Shown: one piece after another, positions 19,336 through 28,100 of the stretch | Layout: every line of letters starts with the position of its first letter | How positions within the stretch are numbered: position 1 is the stretch's first letter | Origin: Thermotogota bacterium | GTDB lineage: Bacteria > Bipolaricaulota > Bipolaricaulia > UBA7950 > UBA9294 | Reading direction: 5' to 3' | Length of the DNA: 36,446 nt | Assembly (NCBI GenBank): GCA_039679545.1 | Contig: JBDKUT010000105.1 | Coordinates: forward strand, 1 to 36,446 | The notes under the pieces: generated by a model | Seen by the model: only the letters and a program-made list of their open reading frames with translations | What the model was told of the DNA's origin: nothing | Database searches by the model: none | Program-made: the position numbers and the translations under genes

Positions 19336-19848
19336 TCACTCCTTCGCGGCGTTCCGGTGGCGACGGATCCCCGTAAAGAGAAACAGACCCCCAACGACGC
19401 CGAACGCAACCGCCGCCGCGATGCTTGTACTTCCTGTAAGTCCCCTCCCAAGGGCAATCCACCGCTCGAGGAGGAAGATCACATCGGCCCAAAGTATACA
19501 GTACAGCCCCGCCAAGATCGATGTCCGCACCCGGAACGCGGCCCTGCGGGCTACCCCGTCGTAGGCCAACGACACCGCCGGAATGACCGTCCAGGCGAGG
19601 GCGAGGACGCCCGGTTGCGGCAAGAGCGAGATCCCGAAGAGGAGAAGCATCTGGGCCGGCAGGAGCGGAAGAACGTTGGCCACGAGCTTCCCGGTCGGCC
19701 GATTTCGCATCGCCAGGACATAGACGACCGCGACGAGCGTCTCGAGCGAGGCCACGACCGCGGGAATAAGCGTCAGGTTTCCGAAGTAGAGAACCATCAC
19801 CAGGAGAAGAACGAGGAACGGAAGCGACCAGACCGGCATGGCGGTCAC
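19336..19848 (-). CDS. Hypothetical integral membrane protein
   Basis: 170 aa with about 5-6 hydrophobic segments. GTGA overlap with the mgtE stop and 4 nt from the yajC start. Confidence 0.7.
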   Translation of the reverse strand: MTAMPVWSLPFLVLLLVMVLYFGNLTLIPAVVASLETLVAVVYVLAMRNRPTGKLVANVLPLLPAQMLLLFGISLLPQPGVLALAWTVIPAVSLAYDGVARRAAFRVRTSILAGLYCILWADVIFLLERWIALGRGLTGSTSIAAAVAFGVVGGLFLFTGIRRHRNAAKE

Positions 19849-21149
19849 CGGATGGCGGGGAGAAGAAGCCGCGCGATCAGGAAGAGAAGAGCGAATCCCA
19901 CGACGTCGGTGATCGTCGTAAGGAAGATCCCCGAGATGTGCGACGGGTCCCGCCCGAGGCCGCGCACGGCGACGGGAATCACGACCCCGCCGATCGCGGC
20001 GGTGATCATGTTGAGGAGCATCGCGACGCAGACGACGACGCCGAGAAGGATCTCACCCTTCCAGAGGTACGTGATCGCGCCAACCGTCGCGCCGATCAGG
20101 ATGCCGTTCACGAAGGCAAGCGCGACCTCCTTCGCGAGAAGCCGCCATCCTTTCTTCCGATCGAGCTCCTTGAGGGCCATGCCGCGCGTGATGATCGCGA
20201 CGGTCTGCATCCCCGCGCTTCCGCCCTGCCCTGCGACGACTCCCATGATCACCGCCAGCGCGACCGCCTTCGCGATCGTCTGTTCGAAGAGCCCGACGAC
20301 AAAGGCCGCGGCGAGCGCGGTCGCCAGCCGCGCGTAGAGCCACGGCAGGCGGAGGCGGAACGACGACCACCAGCTCGTGTCGAGGCTTTCGTCTGTCGGC
20401 ACGCTGGCAAGTCCGTAGATGTCCTCCGTCGCCTCGTCGCGCATGACGTCGATGACGTCGTCGACGGTGATGACTCCGAGAAGGCGGTGCTCGGCGTCGA
20501 CGACGGGAAGCGCGAAGTAGTCGTACTTGTCGAACAGCCTGGCCACTGTCTCGGCGTCGGCGTCCACCGGAACGGAGACGGCGTCGCGCACCACGAGCTC
20601 GTGCAGGCTGCGGTTCGGCGGCGCAAGCGCGATGTCCCGCAGCGACAGGACGCCGAGCAGCTTCTGCGTGTCGTCGACCGCGTAGGCGTAGTACACGGTC
20701 TCCGCTTCTTCCTGCCGCTGGCGCAGGAAGTCGATCGCCTCCTGGGCCGTCATCGACAACGACAGCGGAACAACCTCAGGCGACATGAGGCCGCCGGCGG
20801 TGTCGGGAGGATAAGCGAGAAGGTTGGTGAGGACCTGAGCGTCCTCGCGACTGAGGCGGGAGAGGAGCTCCTGCTTCACCTCGTCGGGAAGCTCGTCGAG
20901 CAGGTCGACGGCGTCGTCGGGGTTCATGCGGGAGAGGATGGTGCTCGCCTCGTGGCGATCGAGCTTCTCGACCACGCCGGCCGATTCGTCCGGGTCCATT
21001 TCCGCCAGGGCATCGGTGGCGGCGCCCCGCAGGAACAGACGATGGATTACCTCGGCCGCTTGCCCGTCCGAAAGCTCGGCCAGCACCTCCGCCACGTCGG
21101 CCGGCTTCTTCGAGAGCAGCTCCCGCAAGAGACCCTTCCGCTCGTCCAT
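19845..21149 (-). CDS. mgtE: Magnesium transporter MgtE
   Basis: MNPDDAVDLL, YPPDTAGGLM, a CBS pair, GVITVDDVIDV, RLPWL, GQGGSAGMQT and LTTITDVVG. Confidence 0.96.
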   Translation of the reverse strand: MDERKGLLRELLSKKPADVAEVLAELSDGQAAEVIHRLFLRGAATDALAEMDPDESAGVVEKLDRHEASTILSRMNPDDAVDLLDELPDEVKQELLSRLSREDAQVLTNLLAYPPDTAGGLMSPEVVPLSLSMTAQEAIDFLRQRQEEAETVYYAYAVDDTQKLLGVLSLRDIALAPPNRSLHELVVRDAVSVPVDADAETVARLFDKYDYFALPVVDAEHRLLGVITVDDVIDVMRDEATEDIYGLASVPTDESLDTSWWSSFRLRLPWLYARLATALAAAFVVGLFEQTIAKAVALAVIMGVVAGQGGSAGMQTVAIITRGMALKELDRKKGWRLLAKEVALAFVNGILIGATVGAITYLWKGEILLGVVVCVAMLLNMITAAIGGVVIPVAVRGLGRDPSHISGIFLTTITDVVGFALLFLIARLLLPAIR

Positions 21150-21167
21150 GTCCCTCCTTCAGCGTCG

Positions 21168-21173
21168 ATTATA
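21168..21173 (-). promoter_or_regulatory. -10 box of the mgtE-orf-yajC-secD operon
   Basis: Perfect TATAAT on the minus strand, followed by an AAGGAGG RBS and ATG 21149. Confidence 0.55.
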
Positions 21174-21263
21174 GTCCGGGCCCCGATTCCGGCCACCGTG
21201 GATCCCTGGCCGCGCGGGGCACCCTCGCCTATCCTTCTCGTCGCTCCGTGCAAGGAGGAGGGA

Positions 21264-22877
21264 ATGGACGTCCAACGTCAACGAGAAGAGACCGCCCGCA
21301 GCCGAAACGGCATGGTGGCGACGAGCCAACCGCTCGCCGTGCAAGCCGGCGTGGACGTCCTGCGAGCGGGCGGCACCGCCGTCGATGCCGCCTTGGCAGC
21401 GAACGCGACGCTCGCCGTCGTCGAGCCGATGAGCTGTGGACCCGGAGGAGACGTCTTCGCTCTTGTGTGGGATGCGTCGGCTGGTTGCCTCGTCGGCCTG
21501 AATGGATCCGGGCGCGCGCCTGCAGCGGCGACGATCGAGGCATTCCGTGATCGGGGCTTTGCGAGGATCCCGGTCCTCGGGCCGTTATCGTGGACGGTGC
21601 CCGGGTGCGTCGACGGTTGGTTCCGATTGCACGAGCGGTTCGGCCGGCTTCCGTGGCCCGCGCTGTTCGAGGCCGCGATCCGCGCTGCCGAGGGTGGGGC
21701 CTTCGTGACTCCAGTCATCGCCGGGATGTGGCGGGACGCCGAGCCCTTGCTCGCGGCCGACCCCGGCTCGGCGGCGACGTTCCTCCCGAATGGGCGTGCC
21801 CCGCGCACCGGCGAGACGTTCCGGAACCCCGATCTCGCATACAGCCTACGTCAGATCGCGCTCAACGGTCCCGACGCCGTCTACCGCGGCTCGATCGCCC
21901 GCGAGCTGGCGGCGTGTGCCGAGCGCACGGGTGGCCTTCTCGCCGCCGACGACCTGACGGCCCACGCGTCGGAGTGGGTCACGCCTCTGTCGCTCTCGTT
22001 TCGCGGCGTCGAGGTGTGGGAGCTCCCGCCGAACACCCAAGGGGTTGTCGCCCTGGAGATGCTCAACATCCTGTCGGGGTACGACTTGGCCTCGCTGGGA
22101 CCGCGATCCCCCGACTACCTTCACCTGTGGATCGAAGCGAAGAAGCTCGCCTACGAGAACCGCGCTTGTTGGATCGGCGATTCCGCCTCCGTGTCAGGTC
22201 TCCTCACCCCCGAGCATGGGGTTCACCAGCGACAGCGCATCGACCCGAATCGCACCGCCCTGGAGGTCCACGCAAGCGAGGATCCGGCCCGTTCGTGCGA
22301 CACGGTGTACATCACCGCCGTCGATCGGGCCCGGAACGCGTGCTCGCTGATCCAGAGTGTGTTTCACGGCTTCGGGTCCGGGGTGACTCCCGAGGGCCTC
22401 GGGTTCGTCCTACAGAACCGCGGGTCGCTCTTCCACCTTGACCCCGATCACCCGAACGCGCTCCGGCCGGGCAAACGGCCGTTCCACACGATCATCCCGG
22501 CGATGGTGACGCGCGGCGGCCGGCCGCTCTTCTCGTTCGGGGTCATGGGCGGAGACATGCAGCCGCAGGGGCACGTGCAGGTTCTCGTCAACCTTCTCGT
22601 GCACGGGATGGATCCCCAACAAGCCGGCGATGCGCCGCGCGTCCGCCACGACGGATCGTCGACCCCGACCGGAGATGCAATGCGCGACGGCGGCTTGGTC
22701 CACCTCGAGCCAGCGTTCGGGGATGAGGTTGCTGCGGCCCTGCGGCGCAAGGGGCACCGCGTCGAGACGAGCGAAGGTGGGTACGGCGGCTACCAGGGAA
22801 TCTGGATCGACGAGGTCACGGGAATGTTGCTCGGTGGATCGGAGTCCCGCAAGGACGGGCTCGCCCTGGGCTACTAG
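21264..22877 (+). CDS. ggt: Gamma-glutamyltransferase family protein (no signal peptide; YwrD-like)
   Basis: GMVATSQPLA, GGTAVDAA, VPGCVDGW, ELPPNTQG, the nucleophile Thr in DTVYI, PGKRPFHTIIP and GVMGGDMQPQG. ATG 21264 follows AGGAGGAGG. Confidence 0.93.
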   Translation: MDVQRQREETARSRNGMVATSQPLAVQAGVDVLRAGGTAVDAALAANATLAVVEPMSCGPGGDVFALVWDASAGCLVGLNGSGRAPAAATIEAFRDRGFARIPVLGPLSWTVPGCVDGWFRLHERFGRLPWPALFEAAIRAAEGGAFVTPVIAGMWRDAEPLLAADPGSAATFLPNGRAPRTGETFRNPDLAYSLRQIALNGPDAVYRGSIARELAACAERTGGLLAADDLTAHASEWVTPLSLSFRGVEVWELPPNTQGVVALEMLNILSGYDLASLGPRSPDYLHLWIEAKKLAYENRACWIGDSASVSGLLTPEHGVHQRQRIDPNRTALEVHASEDPARSCDTVYITAVDRARNACSLIQSVFHGFGSGVTPEGLGFVLQNRGSLFHLDPDHPNALRPGKRPFHTIIPAMVTRGGRPLFSFGVMGGDMQPQGHVQVLVNLLVHGMDPQQAGDAPRVRHDGSSTPTGDAMRDGGLVHLEPAFGDEVAAALRRKGHRVETSEGGYGGYQGIWIDEVTGMLLGGSESRKDGLALGY

Positions 22878-22884
22878 GAGGATC

Positions 22885-23418
22885 ATGGCCGTTCGAGGGA
22901 TTCAGGTGCTTCGCGACCGCGGCATTGAGCACGAAGTCCTCGTCTACCGGTACGATAAGAAGGGAACCGAGCCGGCCGCCGACGCGCTCGGCTTGCCGCA
23001 CAGCGACGTCGTGAAGTCGCTCGTCTTCCGAACTGACAGCGGCAGCTTTCTCTTTGCGCTGATGGCGGGCGACGCCACGGTCAGCGTCCGCAAGCTCGGC
23101 CGCGCAACAGGCCACAAGACCGTGGAACCCGCGGCGCCGCGCGACGCCGAGCGGGTGACCGGCTATCTCGTGGGCGGGATGAGCCCGCTCGGATCACGGC
23201 AGACGCTTCCTGTCGTCCTCGACGAGACGACGGCCGCTCGTCCCAGCCTGATCATCAACGCCGGTGCCCGCGGAACCCTCGTTCGCCTCGCGACGCCGGA
23301 CCTGGTAGCGCTGACCGGCGCCACGATCGCCGACATTCGCAGCGACGAGCGATCGGGCTCGCAAAGCCCGATCGCCGACATCCGCAGCAACAAGCGATCA
23401 CACCACTCCACGGCGTGA
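22885..23418 (+). CDS. ybaK: YbaK/EbsC aminoacyl-tRNA deacylase with a repeat-derived C-terminal tail
   Basis: VVKSLV, AERVTGYLVGGMSPLG, INAGARG and IADI. ATG 22885 follows AGGAGG. Confidence 0.9.
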   Translation: MAVRGIQVLRDRGIEHEVLVYRYDKKGTEPAADALGLPHSDVVKSLVFRTDSGSFLFALMAGDATVSVRKLGRATGHKTVEPAAPRDAERVTGYLVGGMSPLGSRQTLPVVLDETTAARPSLIINAGARGTLVRLATPDLVALTGATIADIRSDERSGSQSPIADIRSNKRSHHSTA

Positions 23419-23492
23419 TCGCCGACATCCGCAGCGACCAGCGTTCGGACTCCGCCAAGCCCGGTTGCCGAGATCCGCGAGGAGCAGCGCCC
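23325..23492 (+). repeat. Four imperfect 30-bp direct repeats (period 45/47/46 bp) beginning inside the ybaK 3' end
   Basis: GATCGCCGACATYCGCAGCRACNAGCGWTC at 23325, 23370 and 23417, with a degenerate copy (about 21/30) at 23463. Intervening segments are 15, 17 and 16 nt. Confidence 0.9.
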
Positions 23493-23496
23493 ATCG

Positions 23497-24080
23497 CTAG
23501 CCTCCGAGCTTCTCCAGCTCGTCGACCATCCGTCCAACTTCGTCGAATCCGCCCTGCCAGAATCATCTTGAACTCACATCGAACCCGGCTTCTTCGAGGA
23601 TCTCCATGGGCGCCTTCGTGCCGCCTCGTTCGAGGATCTGAAGGAACCGCGGCACGAACTCGGGTCCCTTCACGTCGTACTCGTGCATGAGGGCAAGGGA
23701 CAGGAGTTGGGCGAACGCGTACGAGTAGCAGTAGAAGGGCATCTCGTAGATGCGGGGAATCGTGATCCACTCCCATCGGAGGGCGGGATCGAGTTCGACG
23801 CTCGCGCCAGACTACTCCTGCAAGAGGCTGAAGTAGACATCGCACAGCCCGTTCGGCGTGGCCTTGCCTCCGAGCACCAGGCGATGCGCCTCTCGCCTTC
23901 GAACAGCGTGAAGTAGGCCTGGCGTGGGATGGCCGTGTAGCTCGTGTTGACGGCCTTGCCGAGCAGATACCGCCGCAGAGCCGGATCCGAGGAGTCCGCC
24001 AGGAGGCGCCGAGCCACGAGCTTCTGAGAGAACATCGACGCCGTCTCCGCGAGAGGGTACGGAGGGCCTAACGTGAGGAC
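23497..24080 (-). pseudogene. 3' fragment of an oligoendopeptidase F (M3B) paralog
   Basis: Translates as VLTLGPPYPLAETAS...RQAYFTLFE / frameshift near 23890 / AHRLV...QE*SGASVELDPALRWEWITIPRIYEMPFYCYSYAF...AGFDVSSR*FWQGGF...ELEKLGG*. It is colinear with the C-terminal third of pepF at 30038..31816. In-frame stops occur at 23812 and 23563, and the HEXXH region is missing. Confidence 0.9.
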
Positions 24081-24097
24081 ACGCGGAACGCAACACC
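24075..24097 (+). repeat. Left copy of a 23-bp imperfect direct repeat bounding the islet
   Basis: GAGGACACGCGGAACGCAACACC; 21/23 identical to 29952-29974. Confidence 0.8.
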
Positions 24098-24197
24098 TTG
24101 CCTTCCACACGAGACGGCGGGGTAGGCTGCCAGCGGGCAGGTGTCAGGCTAGCCTGGCAAGTCCGGTCGTACCCCCGGGCACCTCAGAGGCGAGGCT

Positions 24198-25130
24198 CTA
24201 CCATGATGATCCGAGAGATACCCTCATCCTGCTACCCAGATATGGATGGTTCACGGTGGCAATATCAAACACTAGCCAGCCAATGTGCAACCCCGCTCCA
24301 ATACTCCAAATCCAGGCCCCATCCTGCTTGATCCCGAAGCGAAGGGCGAGGCTAGGTACTGGAAGCCACTCAACGCCGAGATGGGCAGTAGGCGCACCAG
24401 TGACCTCCAGAGAGATGCGGACCTTATCCTCTATCTCCATTGCCATGCCCACGTCGGCAGTAGTCTGTCGGTGCTCGCTGTGACCGCTTTCGTACGCCAA
24501 AGGAGTTGCGAGGAGGTTGCGGAGAGCCCCACCGAAAGACAGCCGGCTGATCTGCGGGATTCCAGAGAGCGGGGTATCGCATCGAAAGAGGGCAGTCGCG
24601 TCCACTGAGAGCCCTGAGCATGTGCCTGGCTTGTTCGTATCTGTCGCGACGTACTTCCCGACTAGTCCGAAACCCAATGACTCTGCAAACCTCATCCCAG
24701 ACAAGGCAGGCAGGTCAGCGAGTCGCGCCCCCGCACCCACGAGAAAGACACGACTGCGATAGGAAAAGGAACCGACGATGTTGCCATACTGGTCTGCTTC
24801 TGGGACATCACCGAAATCGAAGTACGCGACTCCAGCGCCAACTCTTCCGAAAACGGCAGCGAGGTCTCCGCAGGACATACCAAGTTCGCGCTGCTCTCGT
24901 GAGAGAATCACCGAGGAGCCGTGGAACCATCCGAGACCAGCGGGATTGTAGGCGAGGGCGGCTTGATCATCGGCGAGCCCCACAAATGCTTCTCCTAGGG
25001 CGATAGCGCGGGTCCCTAGGCCGAGCTCACTGGCTGAGAGCACGTTCGAATAAGTGGGGAATCCGCTGCCTGCAAGTACGCAGCCTGCAAGCGCACAGAG
25101 TGCCACCAGGAACGCAAGTGCCGCTCTCAT
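24198..25130 (-). CDS. PorV/UPF0164 (FadL-like) outer-membrane beta-barrel protein
   Basis: Signal peptide; N-terminal motif LGTRAIALGEAFVGLADDQAALAYNPAGL typical of PorV/FadL-like barrels; D.YGNIVGSF; amphipathic strands (HLGVEW, LALRFG, WSIGAGL); terminal Trp. Its GGAGG RBS overlaps the upstream stop. Confidence 0.8.
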   Translation of the reverse strand: MRAALAFLVALCALAGCVLAGSGFPTYSNVLSASELGLGTRAIALGEAFVGLADDQAALAYNPAGLGWFHGSSVILSREQRELGMSCGDLAAVFGRVGAGVAYFDFGDVPEADQYGNIVGSFSYRSRVFLVGAGARLADLPALSGMRFAESLGFGLVGKYVATDTNKPGTCSGLSVDATALFRCDTPLSGIPQISRLSFGGALRNLLATPLAYESGHSEHRQTTADVGMAMEIEDKVRISLEVTGAPTAHLGVEWLPVPSLALRFGIKQDGAWIWSIGAGLHIGWLVFDIATVNHPYLGSRMRVSLGSSW

Positions 25131-25139
25131 GGTTCCCTC

Positions 25140-28100
25140 CTACCTCTGGATGACCATTTTGGCGCGGGCCACGATGCTGCCATCCGCGACGAGCACGCAG
25201 ACGTAGGGTCCGTTGGCGAGAAGGACACCGTCGAGATCCTCAGCCAACCAGACTCCATCGGATGGGAAGCACCCCTCGGCTGGATCGACCTGCGTACGAA
25301 AGACAAGACGCCCGTTCGCGGTGAAGACGATTATCTCAGCGCTACTCACGTCGGCCAACGGATCGAAGAGGAGCACGCAGCCCTGGTCCGAAACAGGGTT
25401 GGGAGCAACGAGCATTGCAGCGCCTACGAGCCGCGTGATCGAAAACAGCCCAGATTCCGCAGTGGCTACTGAGCCATCATCGTCTTCTGCTTCAGCGCGC
25501 AGTGAGTATTCGCCATTCAGCAGGGGAGTAATGTCCCAGGCAAACGCTCCGGTGTTCCGCAGATGCGATGCTATCTCGCTCCATTCCTGTTCTCCCTCGC
25601 TGCGGTATGCCAAGCTGATAAGTAACGTGTCTACGCTATCATCAGGGTCTGCCGCCACCCAAGTGATTGAGACTGGAGAAACCGACAGACGCTCTTCCTC
25701 TCGGGGATGCTGAATCTCGATTGCCGGGGCCTGGTTGAAAGACGCCGCCCACGGCGCCCGGACGAGTTCCGGTGTGACGATCTGATCCATCGTCCCATCA
25801 CCGTTCGCATCTATCGTCAATGCAAGGGATGACGCCTGCGTAATCCCTATTCGGGCTTCCATCGTCGGCGACGTCGCGGTTTCAGGGTACGTCGCGAGTA
25901 CGACTGTGTCACTTTCACTGTCAGGGTAAACCAGTTCGAGATGGAACACACCCGATGCTTTGCCGATGATCACCAACTCATAGCCGCCGCCGGAGATGTC
26001 GAAACCCTCAATGAGAATGACACCGGTGTCTCCGTTGGTCGTGTAGCTGGCTCCTGGGATCTCTTCGTCGATCCCGCCGGCCGAGTTGGGACCAACATGA
26101 CGACCAAGAGAGTCGTAGAGGTGGACTTCCACCGGCGAGAACCATGCGAACCCGAAAGTTGTCAAGTGGAGCTTGATACCGGCGTCTCTGGACACTTCAA
26201 GCCCGACCGTTGCGCCCAGGAGAGAGCCCGTGGCCGAGAAATAGCCGGCGCTAAGCGTTCCGGATACACCGACCAATGAGTGGTCAAAGACCTTCAACGC
26301 GTTGATGGTGACTGTTGCGGACTTCAGTCCGACCCCAAGGTTGGCATCCGCGCCCAGAAAGCCGAAGAACTGGATGTGGGTAGAGAACTTGACTCCGCCT
26401 GCATTCAAGACGAACGACACCCCTGCCGTGGTGATGTCCGCCCCGAATAGCGTCACGTTCCCCGCGAGGACTCCGGCGATACCCGAACTCGAGACGGCGA
26501 AGTCCGCTGCCACGCTTGAATCTCCGACGCTAACCGTTGCGTGGAACTTGATCCCCTGAAGGCTGAGACTGAACGCTACTTGTCCCGTTTGGATGGGGAT
26601 GCCAAAGGGCGCGATGTTCTCCTCGAACTGCCCTGAGATGCCTGCTAGCCCGAGGGTGAGCAGGGCTTTCGCTTTCGCACCAGGCACCTGAAGCTGCACA
26701 TGCATGGAGATACCTGCAGCCTCGAGCGACAAACCAGCGTTGACTGCAGACACCTGGAATCCTAGTAGCGTGAAGTCTTGGCGCAGGACACCGTACACAC
26801 CGCTCTTGAGGTCAACGGTAATGTCAGCCTTGATGTTCAGCCCGGTGCCCAGACCAGGTATGTTGACAAGCTTGACGTTCCCGCCGATGCCGAAGGCCGG
26901 TTGTCGCAAGTCAAAGAACAGCTTACCGCCGATCTCCCAGTTCATGAGGGGGGATTGGCCAAGCTTTCCCAAGGACAGCCCCGCAGCTAGGCCGAGGTCA
27001 AAGCGGTGGTTCTGCCAGTCGAGGTTGAGGGTCAATCGCACGCAAGAGAAGTGGAACAACATGAGAATGTCGAGGTCAAGATACGCAGTTCCCGAAATGG
27101 TTAGAGGGCTTAGCTGGACTACTGTTCCTGTGGCGATATGCAGGCCGACGGCGCAGAGTGATCCTGAGCCGGCTCTTGGATCAGGGCGCCCGCCATCCCC
27201 CTGGGCTTCGTCATCGCTCCGTTCTGCAGCCGCTGCGAGGAGGGCCTCGCAGGGAATCGAGACCGAAAGCTCGTCCAAGACCTCCATCCGGAGTTTGGGA
27301 AGGTCAAAGCGTACCGTCCCTGTCACAATGGAAACGCCAGAGTCGGGCCTCTTGAGGAGTGACACCTCCATGAATCCCGCCGAGTCCTTCAGGATCAGTC
27401 CCTTTGCGCTGAGGCCGATAGTGAACACGAAGTTCGAGAAGTCCAGCTCCAGCGTGAACCCCGCCTTGACAAAGACGATTGGGGAGCATTCCAGGTCGAC
27501 ATTGACGGCGCCGTTGATCTTCACAATGAAGTGAGGTACGTCTATCAAGACACTCACAGAGCCGATGTTGCGGAATATCGGACAATCCAGTACTACGGAC
27601 CCTGTCATGGTCTGCGCATAAAGGTCAAACGTGAGCGTTCCTACAAGGGAGAACCCGACGGGCGACTTCAGTTCTCCTCGCAGCGTGACCGTGCCCGCGC
27701 TTGGATCGAGAGTCACTGCAGAGGCGACGGCCGCGACCGGTACCGACAAAGGTCCCATCGCCACTGTGATCTGTGCTGCCCACCGCAGAGCAAGTACACC
27801 CGTCGTGGTGCATGTGATGCTGCTGTCCGCACCAAGGGCGACGAAGTACACGCCGCTTGTGGTGCCAATACGGACGTGCCCCTGCAGGGTGTAGGTCCGA
27901 GCCTTGGAGTCATAGATGCAGCCGTCACCTGCCACCTGGAGTCGCCCAATGCGTAGCGGCGTGCCGGCACAGCCCCCTCCTGCCCCAGCGACAGTGATGT
28001 GATAGGGGGTAGTGTCCGTTCCTGCATACGTGGAAACTCCCCGGGCATCCTGGGTTAGGATGTAGTAGTCCACTCCTGCCGCTGCGACTACAGAACTGGG

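Noticed and set aside
19938..21263. N-terminal half of the 979-aa ORF, suggesting a giant GGT fusion
   Set aside because: It is the antisense shadow of mgtE. GGT homology and a strong RBS start at 21264.
23325..23492. CRISPR array interpretation of the 30-bp repeats
   Set aside because: Spacers are only 15-17 nt, spacers 1 and 3 resemble each other, the repeats are degenerate and start inside ybaK, and there are no cas genes or AT-rich leader.
23563..23814. Stop-codon readthrough (Sec/Pyl) in the second pepF copy
   Set aside because: It has both TGA and TAG stops at non-catalytic positions, plus a frameshift and loss of the 5' two-thirds. This is ordinary pseudogenisation.
24066..24127. Integron attC-like site (minus strand GCCTACC...GTTAGGC, 62 bp)
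   Set aside because: The inverse core lacks the conserved AAC, the L boxes pair poorly, GTTAGGC lies within the pepF-homologous frame, and there is no intI.
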